Positions 29,232 to 38,581 of a stretch of 64,000 bases of DNA are shown here, one piece after another. The first letter of the stretch is position 1. The number at the start of each line of letters is the position of its first letter. A model generated the notes under the pieces. That model saw only the letters and a program-made list of their open reading frames with translations, was not told the origin of the DNA and made no database searches. A program made the position numbers and the translations under genes. Source of the stretch: Kiritimatiellia bacterium (GTDB lineage: Bacteria; Verrucomicrobiota; Kiritimatiellia; RFP12; UBA1067); the NCBI GenBank assembly GCA_050949565.1, contig JBMNFY010000001.1:32001-96000 (forward strand), read 5' to 3'.

Positions 29232-31118
29232 GTGAGAAAATGGGTGCTGAGGTGTGTGGGGCTGCTGGCTGTTGCGAGTAGCGCATTTGCAGAGGAGAGT
29301 TGGCTGGCGCGGGACGGGCGGGCGGTTGCCCAGATCGTCATACCCGAAGCCGCCACATCCGTCGAACGAACGGCGGCGCAGGAGCTACGCCAACACCTTG
29401 ATGCGGTGACCGGCGCGGCTTTTGCACTTGTGACCGAAGCGGCACCCAAGAACGGGCCGCGTCTGCTGGTCGGCAACACCGAGGCGTCGCGCAAGTTGGT
29501 GCCGGGTTTCCTTGCGGCGCAGGCCGCGTACGACAGCATTCTGCTCAAAACTGTCGGCGACGAGGTGATCCTGGCCGGGCATCCGCAGCGCGGCGCGCTC
29601 TATGCGGTCTACACGTTTCTCGAAGATGAAGTGGGCGTGCGCTGGTGGACCTCAGACGAGACCTTCATTCCCCGACGGACAGACCTGCCGCTACCGAAAC
29701 TCGATGTGCGCTATACGCCGAAACTACGTTTCCGCGAATCGTACTATTTGGATGCGTTCAACGCGCTGTTCAAAACGCGCCTGAAAGGCAATCTCAGTTC
29801 CCGTACTCGCTACATGTTGGCACCGATGGAGATGATCCCGGAGGCCTACGGCGGCAACCACCGGCTCATCTATTTCAAGGGACGCGGCTCGGCCTATCAT
29901 TCGTTCTACGAACTCATACCACCAAAGGTCTACTTCGACCAACACCCCGAGTGGTTCAGCGAAATCAAGGGCAAGCGCACCCACAAGAAAGCCCAGCTCT
30001 GCCTGACCAATGATGAGATGCGCCGCGAACTCACCAAAAATGCACTCGCTCTGCTGCGCGAAGACCCGGGCGCCGACATCATTCAGATCAGCCAAAATGA
30101 TCACGCCGGTCGCTGCACATGCAAAGCGTGCCTGGCGATCGAGCAAGAGGAGGGCGGCATCGGCACTGCTTCCGGGCCGCTGTTGCGTTTCGTCAATCAA
30201 GTTGCCGAGGATATCGAGAAGGAGTTCCCCCGTGTTTTTGTGGAGACCTTCGCCTACCAGTATACGCGCAAAGCGCCTGCAAAGGTCCGTCCGCGCGCCA
30301 ACGTGTTGATCCGCCTCTGTTCCATTGAGTGCTCCTTCCTACAGCCGCTTGAGGGCAGTAAAGAAAACACCGCCTTCGTTAACGATCTGGCCGCTTGGAG
30401 CCAGGTCGCAGGTGGCAATCTTTTCGGGTGGGATTACGTCACCAGTTTTAGTTCCTACATGCTGCCGCATCCCAACCTGCGTGTCCTTGGCCCGAATATC
30501 CGCACCTTTGTAAAATACGGCGCGACGGGGCTCTTCGAACAGGGCGACGCGCTCTGTGCGGCAGGCGATTTTGTGCGGTTGCGCCACTGGGTTCTTTCGC
30601 ACCTGCTCTGGAATCCGGATTTGGACGAGGGGCGGTTGATCGACACATTTCTCAACGGCTATTACGGCGAAAAGACGGGGGCTGCCCTCAAGCGCTACCT
30701 CGACTTTATCCACGACCGCGCGGAACGTTCCGGCGTGTACCTCGGCTGTTATCAGCAAAACGTAACGAAGTGGCTGGATGCCGAAGGCATTTTCGAGGCC
30801 GCTCGGTTGATGACAACTGCGCTGGAAACGGCGCGCGCTGAAGAGGTGGCCGATCCGGTCGGTCGGAAAGGCCTCACCGATAAAGTGCTGCGTGAGAAGC
30901 TGTCGATCGACCACGTTCTGCTGATCAATGATACGATGCTGCGGCAACATGCGCTGGACACCGGAAAGCCGTTCCCGGGCGCGTCCGATTTTCCGACTGC
31001 GGTACGTGAGTGGATCGCGACATGCGAGCGCTTCAATGTGAAAGCGTATCGCGAGACCACGACCGAAGAGACTTTTGCCACATACAAAAAAACGCTGATT
31101 GAAAGGAGTCAGAAATGA
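29232..31118 (+). CDS. DUF4838-type exported protein (GH67-N-like domain plus putative hydrolase barrel)
   Basis: AAQELRQHL..VTG, RGALYAVYTFLE..GVRWW, QLCLTN, TFAYQYT, LLWNPD. Confidence 0.75.
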   Translation: MRKWVLRCVGLLAVASSAFAEESWLARDGRAVAQIVIPEAATSVERTAAQELRQHLDAVTGAAFALVTEAAPKNGPRLLVGNTEASRKLVPGFLAAQAAYDSILLKTVGDEVILAGHPQRGALYAVYTFLEDEVGVRWWTSDETFIPRRTDLPLPKLDVRYTPKLRFRESYYLDAFNALFKTRLKGNLSSRTRYMLAPMEMIPEAYGGNHRLIYFKGRGSAYHSFYELIPPKVYFDQHPEWFSEIKGKRTHKKAQLCLTNDEMRRELTKNALALLREDPGADIIQISQNDHAGRCTCKACLAIEQEEGGIGTASGPLLRFVNQVAEDIEKEFPRVFVETFAYQYTRKAPAKVRPRANVLIRLCSIECSFLQPLEGSKENTAFVNDLAAWSQVAGGNLFGWDYVTSFSSYMLPHPNLRVLGPNIRTFVKYGATGLFEQGDALCAAGDFVRLRHWVLSHLLWNPDLDEGRLIDTFLNGYYGEKTGAALKRYLDFIHDRAERSGVYLGCYQQNVTKWLDAEGIFEAARLMTTALETARAEEVADPVGRKGLTDKVLREKLSIDHVLLINDTMLRQHALDTGKPFPGASDFPTAVREWIATCERFNVKAYRETTTEETFATYKKTLIERSQK

Positions 31119-34100
31119 CGGACTTGAAACTGTTCCGCGTCACGCTTTTTGTCGTCGCACTGTTGGCGGTTACTGGTGGTTGGGCACAGCAATCTGCGCC
31201 GACACCGCGCGACGAAGCGTTGCACTTTATCCGCAACGAAACGCAGTTCCATCTGGGGTATCTGCCGACCGAGCAGTCGCACCCCAAAACACGCGGACTG
31301 TCGCAGGCGTTGCAGACGGACACAGCCGCAGGTTTGCGGATGCTCTTCAGCGTGGATGACGATATTCCGCCTGTCGCGCGGCGCGCGATCGCGTCACCCG
31401 AGTTCGCCCGCCTGCGTTTGGCGATCAAAGACGCGCTGGACAACAACCGCCGGGTCTTCTTCAGCGGTTGCGGCGCAACTGGTCGCTTGGCGATCCTGCT
31501 GGATGCCGCGAATCGGCGTTTCTGGCGCGAGGCGTTCGAGCGGCAACCGGCGCTCAAGGAGACCTGCGGCGAGATGGGCGAGAGCACCCGTGCCGTGATG
31601 ACAGGCGGCGACTTTGCGCTGATCCGCTCGGTCGAGAGCTTCGAGGATTACATCAGCTTCGGCTACCACCAGATGGAGCAGGCGGGCGTGCGCGAGGGCG
31701 ATGTGGTCGTGGCCATTTCGGAAGGCGGCGAGACGTCATCGGTGATCGGCACGGTGTTGCGCGGTGTGGACGCAAAGGCCAAGGTCTTCTTCCTTTTCAA
31801 TAACCCGGCGGAGCTATTGGCCGCGAAGCTGGAGCGTTGCCGCCGTGTGATCGAGAATCCGGCGGTGACGACGATCGTGCTCTGTACCGGCCCGATGGGG
31901 GTGGCGGGTTCGACGCGCATGCAGGCCACGACCATCGAAATGCTGGTTGCGGGTGCCGCCTTCGAGGCAGGGCTGACAGAGCATCTCAAAGGCCGGCTCT
32001 CTGCGGCGCAATGCGCGTCGTTAGGTCTCGGCTTCTGGACGCCCGAACGCACGCTGTCGCAGTTTGAAGCGCTGCTGTCTCAACTCCGCACCGACGCGAA
32101 TCTTGCGGCGATGGCGCGGATGACCGATCGCGAGGCCGACATCTATAGCAAGAAGGGACGCGTCACCTACTTCGCGAACGCTTACCTGCTCGATATTTTC
32201 ACGGACACGACCGAACGCTCGCCCACATTCAAGATCCCGCCTTTCCGCAGTGCGAACGATACCACATCGCCGGCGTCGTGGGCGTTTGTGAAGGACCCAT
32301 TGCGGCCGACGACCGAAGCGTGGCTACATTTGATCGGCCACACGCCGAACTGTCTAGAGTGGTCGGCCGATACGTACACGCAACTCAAGGCTCCCGACAA
32401 GCTCATCAAGAATCCGCCGCAGATTGGGCTCAAAGATCTACACACCTACCTTATCGGCAATGAGCCCGACGCTTCGCGCACCGAGGTCAAACCCAATCTG
32501 GCGATGGCGGTGTTGGTGGGCAACAAAGCCGCACTTTTGGATCAAGGCTCTCCGGCCGCGTGGAGCCGGGCTTTCGCTGCCGCCGCTGCGCCCTTTGAAG
32601 CGCGGTCCGCCTTGGTGGTGGGCCGCCGCGTACCGTTGGGCTGGCAGGCGGAACTGGTGCATGTGGATGTCGAGGTGCCAACGACGCCATTGCAGCTTTT
32701 CGACCACTTGGCGCTGAAGCTGGTGCTCAACAATGTGTCATCAGCAACGATGGGCAAGATGGGGCGTCTGGACAGCAATTGGATGGCGCACGTCGATGCG
32801 TCCAACAAGAAACTCATCGACCGCAGTGTGCGGCTGATCGTAGAGCTTGCAGGAGTCGACTACGAGACCGCCTGCATCGCGCTGTTCGAGTCGCTCGAAG
32901 AGATGAAGGGGTGGGACGAGGCCCGCCGCAGAACCACCTCGCCGGCGGCGTATACGGTCGCGCGGATTCGAGCGCAAAGCGGTGTCTCAGGGCCGCCTGC
33001 GACCGACTGGCGGCTGGGTCTGGGCGACCTGCGCGGAGCGTTGCGTTTTGTCGGGCCCGAGTCAATGCGCGCGACGAACGTAACCTGCACGGCCGACGCC
33101 GTGACCGGCACATGGAAAGGCCACACCGAGTGCGGCGATGCGTTCACCGTGACGGTCACATGGCGGCGCGCGCCGGATGGTCTGTGGAGCGGTGAATTGG
33201 CTTATGACGGATACAGCGGCAAGCTGTTTGTGGAAGAGATCCATTTTCCGATTCTGTCCGGCGCGTTTGCGGACGGGTCGTCCTTTGTGTTCGGCGGCAC
33301 TGACAGCGGCATCGTGAACTCCGGCGCGGCGTTCTTCAAGCCAGGTGCCAAGCACCGGCGCACCTATTGCGGCGGCATGCAGTTCTCTGCGCTGATCAAT
33401 CCAAACGGGGCGTCGTTCTACTTCGACCATCGCGATCCCAAAGTGGGTAGCAAGGCCTGCGAGCTGTCGATCGCGAAAGAGGGGGGGCGGTTCACCTACG
33501 CGGGTGTCCATGTGGTCGGCCTGCCGGATCAGCCGCCCACCGCTTACCGCATCCCGTACGCCAGCAGTTTCACGCCGTTTACGGGAGGGTGGTTCGAGGC
33601 GGGGCAGATCTACAAAAAGTGGGGGACGGCTCAAGCTTGGCACACGAACCGCAAGGGCGTGAACCCGCTCCGCAAGATCGGCATGTGGGTCTGGAACCGC
33701 GGGCTTATCAAAGACGCGCTGCCGCCGGTCGAGCGGCTGCAAAAAGAGCTGGGTGACATTCCCGTGGCTCTCGACTGGTATTGGTGGCACAGCAACCCGT
33801 ACGACACCGACTACCCCGATTTCTGGCCGCCGCGCGAAGGCGTGGAGGCGTTCCGCGCGGCGGTCGCCCGTCTGAAAAGCCAGGGTATCTTTTCGCAGGT
33901 CTACATCAACGGCGTCTGCTGGGATATGGATGGCAAGACGTGGCAGGAGGGTGGCGAAGAGGGCGTGATCGTGAATCGTGACGGCAAGCCGCGCAACACG
34001 GCCTTCAACAAATACAATCACCATCGGCTCGCCTACATGTGCGGCGAAGCGCCGAAGTTTCAGGATCGCATCGCGACGGTGGTCAAGCATCTGCGGGAGA

Positions 34101-34921
34101 GTGGTTTGGATGGGCAATACCTCGACATGATCGGCAACTCGACCATGATCGGCCGCTGCTACAGTCCGCGTCACACCCACCCCAAAGGCGGCGGTTCGTA
34201 CTGCCCCGACGGTTACCGGGCACTGTTGCAACGGTTGAAGCGCGAAAACCCCGGCTTCGCGCTCACGACCGAAGGCGCCAATGAGGCGTATATGGACCTG
34301 ATGGATGGCTCAATCTGTTGCAACGTCACTTCGCTCGAACGGCTCGATGCTATCCCGATGTTCCAGTCGGTCTACCACGGCAAGTATGCGTTCTTCGGTA
34401 ATTACGCCTACCCTGACGGCACGCGGCCGTGGGATCCGCTGTGGCCGCCCGAGGACCGCTGGAAGGAGGAGAAGCCTTGGCACAACCTCTACCCCGACCA
34501 GTTTTATCTGGAGCTCGGCCGCACGGTCGTGTGGGGCGTGCAGCCCATGGTCTGCAACATCAAGGAGAACCTGTTCACGGACCCCGAACTGGCGCCCGCG
34601 CTGCGCTTCACACTGGAAACCGCGCGTTTTTATCATGCCAATATCGAGTTCCTGTTCGACGGCCAGATGCTTTCGCCAGCCGGATTTACCTGCGCGACCG
34701 CTCCGGTCGACTATTTGATCCGTAGCATCTTCACCAAGGAGCATGAGTGCAAGCCGCGCCACGCCGAGATGCCCGCTGTGCTGCATTCCGCTTGGCAGAC
34801 ACCCGATGGCCGGAAGGCACTGATCTTGGTGAACTGGACCCGGTCGGAGCAGTCTTGGACCTTCAACGATCTTTCAGGCAAGCTGCCGTCGCGCTCGTAC
34901 GACAAAGTGCTTCTGCGCTGA
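31115..34921 (+). CDS. exported MurQ/GKRP-like SIS-domain protein fused to a DUF6259-like putative glycoside hydrolase
   Basis: LPTEQSHPKT, GCGATGRL, GSTRMQA, KLVLN...SNKKLIDR (MurQ-like); C-half WYWWH..PYDTDYPDF, DGQYLD, TTEG. Confidence 0.7.
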   Translation: MTDLKLFRVTLFVVALLAVTGGWAQQSAPTPRDEALHFIRNETQFHLGYLPTEQSHPKTRGLSQALQTDTAAGLRMLFSVDDDIPPVARRAIASPEFARLRLAIKDALDNNRRVFFSGCGATGRLAILLDAANRRFWREAFERQPALKETCGEMGESTRAVMTGGDFALIRSVESFEDYISFGYHQMEQAGVREGDVVVAISEGGETSSVIGTVLRGVDAKAKVFFLFNNPAELLAAKLERCRRVIENPAVTTIVLCTGPMGVAGSTRMQATTIEMLVAGAAFEAGLTEHLKGRLSAAQCASLGLGFWTPERTLSQFEALLSQLRTDANLAAMARMTDREADIYSKKGRVTYFANAYLLDIFTDTTERSPTFKIPPFRSANDTTSPASWAFVKDPLRPTTEAWLHLIGHTPNCLEWSADTYTQLKAPDKLIKNPPQIGLKDLHTYLIGNEPDASRTEVKPNLAMAVLVGNKAALLDQGSPAAWSRAFAAAAAPFEARSALVVGRRVPLGWQAELVHVDVEVPTTPLQLFDHLALKLVLNNVSSATMGKMGRLDSNWMAHVDASNKKLIDRSVRLIVELAGVDYETACIALFESLEEMKGWDEARRRTTSPAAYTVARIRAQSGVSGPPATDWRLGLGDLRGALRFVGPESMRATNVTCTADAVTGTWKGHTECGDAFTVTVTWRRAPDGLWSGELAYDGYSGKLFVEEIHFPILSGAFADGSSFVFGGTDSGIVNSGAAFFKPGAKHRRTYCGGMQFSALINPNGASFYFDHRDPKVGSKACELSIAKEGGRFTYAGVHVVGLPDQPPTAYRIPYASSFTPFTGGWFEAGQIYKKWGTAQAWHTNRKGVNPLRKIGMWVWNRGLIKDALPPVERLQKELGDIPVALDWYWWHSNPYDTDYPDFWPPREGVEAFRAAVARLKSQGIFSQVYINGVCWDMDGKTWQEGGEEGVIVNRDGKPRNTAFNKYNHHRLAYMCGEAPKFQDRIATVVKHLRESGLDGQYLDMIGNSTMIGRCYSPRHTHPKGGGSYCPDGYRALLQRLKRENPGFALTTEGANEAYMDLMDGSICCNVTSLERLDAIPMFQSVYHGKYAFFGNYAYPDGTRPWDPLWPPEDRWKEEKPWHNLYPDQFYLELGRTVVWGVQPMVCNIKENLFTDPELAPALRFTLETARFYHANIEFLFDGQMLSPAGFTCATAPVDYLIRSIFTKEHECKPRHAEMPAVLHSAWQTPDGRKALILVNWTRSEQSWTFNDLSGKLPSRSYDKVLLR

Positions 34922-34929
34922 CGATTAAC

Positions 34930-35934
34930 TCATTTCTGAACGCGGATGGGGACGCGCCATTCCGGGCGCTCGGGCAGGTTTGTGACGATGACGAGCGCCG
35001 CTCCGGGGGTGACTGTGTTGGTCCCGATGGCAGGCACCTGCACGTGGACCGTGCCGTCGGGGCGCGTTTCAAACGAGGCCTCGCCGCTGGCGCCTTCCAC
35101 GCGAACAGCGGTTATCTGGAACTGGGGGGCGGTGCCGCGTTTTACGATGACGGTCCGGGGGGCGAGGGCCGCTGTCTTCTGGTTGGCCCGATAGGTGAGA
35201 ACCGGTGGATGGATGCGCAAGAGATCCTCCATCCAGGCGTAGACCGGTAGCGAGAGGGGAGCGCGGTCGGCGCATGAAAGCGTCACCGTGATGGTGGCGC
35301 GGTGGGCTCCGGGTGTGGACAGGGTAGGCGGTGCCAGCAGGAGGGATCGTCCATCGGCGCCTAGCGAGACCGGGAACGCGGGGTTGTCCGACACCGCATT
35401 CGTTATGGTGGCCGTCGTCAGGTATCCGCCCAGACGGATCATAGCCGTGGCGGGCGGCGTGTCCGGCGGGAGGCGTCCGAATGAGAAGGCGGACGGCTCC
35501 AGACAGACCGCCGCACGGGCCTCTCCCTGTATCCACAATGTGAGATTGGGGGTCTTGGGGTCATTCGACAGGACCGACACCGTTTTGCGTTGCTGTCCTT
35601 GCAGACCGCGCAGAGCCAAATGGACCTCCAGTATGGTTTCGGCTCCCGGCGCGATCACGCGGGAGGCGGGTTCGGCCCGCGTGCAGCCGCACGAGGTTTG
35701 GATCGACCTGAGATGCAGGTCGGCGGTGCCCGTGTTACGCAGGACAAACCGGTTGGTGACGGTTTCGGCCGCATCGCGCCAACCAAAATCATAGGTTGTG
35801 AGCGGCACCTCCAGACGCGGTGCGGGTGCGGCCGTTGCGGACAGCAGACTCAGACCTGCGACAACAACGACGATCCCACACGGTATCCTTGGGAACAGCC
35901 CAAAAAAACAATGATGGCACTGACCTCTATTCAC
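34930..35934 (-). CDS. DUF1573 domain (Ig-like) protein
   Basis: YDFG...FVLRNTG..DL...IQTSCGCT...IAPG...KTVSVLSNDP. Confidence 0.85.
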   Translation of the reverse strand: MNRGQCHHCFFGLFPRIPCGIVVVVAGLSLLSATAAPAPRLEVPLTTYDFGWRDAAETVTNRFVLRNTGTADLHLRSIQTSCGCTRAEPASRVIAPGAETILEVHLALRGLQGQQRKTVSVLSNDPKTPNLTLWIQGEARAAVCLEPSAFSFGRLPPDTPPATAMIRLGGYLTTATITNAVSDNPAFPVSLGADGRSLLLAPPTLSTPGAHRATITVTLSCADRAPLSLPVYAWMEDLLRIHPPVLTYRANQKTAALAPRTVIVKRGTAPQFQITAVRVEGASGEASFETRPDGTVHVQVPAIGTNTVTPGAALVIVTNLPERPEWRVPIRVQK

Positions 35935-35949
35935 GCAACCATCATAATA

Positions 35950-37271
35950 CGCCGACGGGATACGCGCAACCTAGCTTGACCTTTCCGGCTCGTTGACACG
36001 TTTGGACAGGGGGGGTACGATCTTCAACCTGTATTGATGCACATGCTGATGTTTCATTCGCGCCCGCCAGCCAGCGGCCAGCGCAACGCTGGCCGCTGGC
36101 TGGCGGGCGCGCGCTTCCTTCAGGTGCTGAATGAAGGTCATTTTGGCATGAGGGAGGGGGCGGGGAAGGGGATGCGGTCTCGCCCTTTGCTGGAGAATGC
36201 CGCTCACACGGCTGCGGCAAGGAAGGCGCCCATCACCTCCCTCGGCGTCTTCCAGCCGAGACACTTCTTCGGACGGTCGTTCAGGAACTCGTCGATCCGC
36301 CGGAGCTCCGCCGCGCCGATCGATGCGAACGAGGACTTCTTGGGGTACAGGCGCCGGATCAGCCCGTTCGTGTTCTCGTTCGTCCCCCGCTCCCAGGAGT
36401 GGTACGGGGTGGCGAAGAACACGCCGTCCCTCAACTCCAGGGCACAGGATATCTCGGCGTGGCCGGCGAACTCCTTGCCGTTGTCGAACGTGATCCCTGT
36501 GCAGATCACGCCGATCCCTCTGAACAGCCGGATGATCTCGGCGCTGACCACGTCCGCCTCCTTGGTCGGCACCCACCCCACCAGTGCGAACCGGGTCACC
36601 CGCTCCACCAGTGTCACGAGATAGCCCGTCCCGGCCGCGCCGGCCACGAGGTCGCCCTCCCAGTGCCCCGGCACGACACGCAGCCCGACTTCCGGCGGCC
36701 GCGTCTCGATCCCGCGCCGGCCGGGGATCACGCCCCGCCCGCGCCCCTCCTGGCGGGGGCAGCGCCGCTTGCGCCTGCGCTTCGCGCGCGCCAGATGCGT
36801 CCAAAGATCGCCGCCCGCCTTCGCGTCTGCATACACGTGCTTGTAGATCGTCTCCTTGCACACGTGCGCGCGGCCCTCCAACCCGGCCCGCCCGCAGATC
36901 GCCTCGGGAGACCACCCCAGCCGGAGCTTCTCCTCCGCGTAGCGCCGAACCTCTTCAGTGAACCGCCTCGGACCGGGACGCTTCGCCCGCTCCACGGCCT
37001 TCCGGTGCGCCTGGCGGGGCCGGTAGCCCCGCTGCCCGGCGTTTCGCTTCACTTCGCGGCTCACCGTGCTCTTGTGGCGACCCAGTTGCCGCGCTATCTC
37101 GTTGATGCCTTTTCCGGCTTGCCTCAAAGCGTAAATCTGGTTACGCTCTCCCTCGGTCACGCGTTCGTAAGACACTTTTGTCTCCTTCCTGTTTACCGCA
37201 TGAAGGAAGTGTACTTCAACGCGTGGCCGCTTTCAAAACTTTAGGTGTTGCGCTGGCCGGTCGCGCGCGCG
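35950..37271 (-). mobile_element. IS30 family insertion sequence (boundaries approximate)
   Basis: Contains the IS30 transposase; upstream end reads GCGCGACCGGCCAGCGCAACA on the minus strand, with partial inverted matches at ~35951-35971 and 36074-36087. No target duplication identified. Confidence 0.65.
36204..37175 (-). CDS. IS30 family transposase
   Basis: HTH IARQLGRHKSTVSREVKRN, GWSPEAI, GHWEGDLV, TFDNGKEF, PYHSWERGTNENTNGLIR. Confidence 0.96.
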   Translation of the reverse strand: MSYERVTEGERNQIYALRQAGKGINEIARQLGRHKSTVSREVKRNAGQRGYRPRQAHRKAVERAKRPGPRRFTEEVRRYAEEKLRLGWSPEAICGRAGLEGRAHVCKETIYKHVYADAKAGGDLWTHLARAKRRRKRRCPRQEGRGRGVIPGRRGIETRPPEVGLRVVPGHWEGDLVAGAAGTGYLVTLVERVTRFALVGWVPTKEADVVSAEIIRLFRGIGVICTGITFDNGKEFAGHAEISCALELRDGVFFATPYHSWERGTNENTNGLIRRLYPKKSSFASIGAAELRRIDEFLNDRPKKCLGWKTPREVMGAFLAAAV

Positions 37272-37300
37272 GCGCGATGTGAAAGGAGAACCTGTTGTCT

Positions 37301-38581
37301 ATGATCCGTTTGCGCCTGTTGGTTGGTAGCATTGCGCTGTATGCGTGTTTCTGTGGTGCGCAGGAGTGCGGACTGGGAGCCTCGCTCCAGGCTTGCGCCG
37401 ACGCCGCGTGGCACACAAGCTGGAACCGATTCTACAAGCCCGAAACGCACCTCTTCTACGATTATCTCACCAGCTATGAGCGCGGCAAAGAACTGGCGCA
37501 CCTGCCTTCGGTTGACGAGGTGCGCCGGCAGGTTCCCAACAACTGCGGCTACGGCACGGGCATGGAAGACGGTATGATTTCGGCCGGCGTCATGCTGGAC
37601 ACGGTGGTTGACCGTTATGCCGTCACCGGCGAGACGAATCTGTCAGCGTGCGCTCGCGAGATTGTGAAGGGTATCCGCCTCTGCACGTTCGGTCACGGCT
37701 TCACGGGCTTCGTCGCGCGCGCGGTCTGTCACGAGGATTTGACGAGTATCTACATCTCTTCGTCGCGTGATCAGTACACACATGCGGTGCATGGCCTCTG
37801 GCGCTATGCGCGTAGCCCGCTCGCAGACGAGGCGGATTGCAAGCAGGCCGCCGAGATTTTGGAGGCAATCGCCGACCGCATGTTGTGCAACGTGACCCCC
37901 GAAAACGACTACGATTCGCTACGTGCCGACGGCACACGTGACGATCGTGGCATCAGCACCATGTGGAACGTACAGGGTCACGAAGCGGCACGTCTACCGA
38001 TGATCTACGCCGCCGCCTGGGACCTGACGCGGCGTCCGGTCTATTATGAGGCTTACCGGCGTTACATAGCACCGGCGATTGAGCAGTCGTTGGCCTTTGA
38101 CTGCAAGCGTACAAGCTCATGGGGACTGACGCAGATGCAGGGCTCGCTGGAACTGTTGGACGCCTTAGAGACCGACCCCGCGATCAAAAAACAGATCGGT
38201 GAAGCGATGCAGCGCGTGTCGGCCTGCTGCGCCCCACGAGCGTCCGCCGCAGTCAAGCGTAGCGATACCCTTGACTTGCAGGCTATCGCCCCCGACTGGC
38301 GTGTGAGCGGTGGGCTGGTCAATCCTTATCGCCGCTCTTGGTATGTGGTGCGCGAAGTCGGCGAGATGCTGATTGCGATATTGATGGACGAGCGCCGTGC
38401 CGTGACTGAGACGGCGCAGCGCGACCTGGCCGCGATGTTGCACAAACTTGACTACAACCGTGTCTCGACCTGCGGCATTTTCCATTTGCAGAGTGCCTAT
38501 TGGAAGGCGCGCCGTCGCGGACTGTTTCAACACATGCAACAAGTGGATACCAATCGCAGAGAGAATGAGGGGGAACGATGA
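37301..38581 (+). CDS. exported hypothetical protein, probable alpha/alpha-barrel carbohydrate enzyme
   Basis: Signal peptide, helical pattern, GFVAR...SRDQY motif; context among glycan genes. Confidence 0.55.
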   Translation: MIRLRLLVGSIALYACFCGAQECGLGASLQACADAAWHTSWNRFYKPETHLFYDYLTSYERGKELAHLPSVDEVRRQVPNNCGYGTGMEDGMISAGVMLDTVVDRYAVTGETNLSACAREIVKGIRLCTFGHGFTGFVARAVCHEDLTSIYISSSRDQYTHAVHGLWRYARSPLADEADCKQAAEILEAIADRMLCNVTPENDYDSLRADGTRDDRGISTMWNVQGHEAARLPMIYAAAWDLTRRPVYYEAYRRYIAPAIEQSLAFDCKRTSSWGLTQMQGSLELLDALETDPAIKKQIGEAMQRVSACCAPRASAAVKRSDTLDLQAIAPDWRVSGGLVNPYRRSWYVVREVGEMLIAILMDERRAVTETAQRDLAAMLHKLDYNRVSTCGIFHLQSAYWKARRRGLFQHMQQVDTNRRENEGER

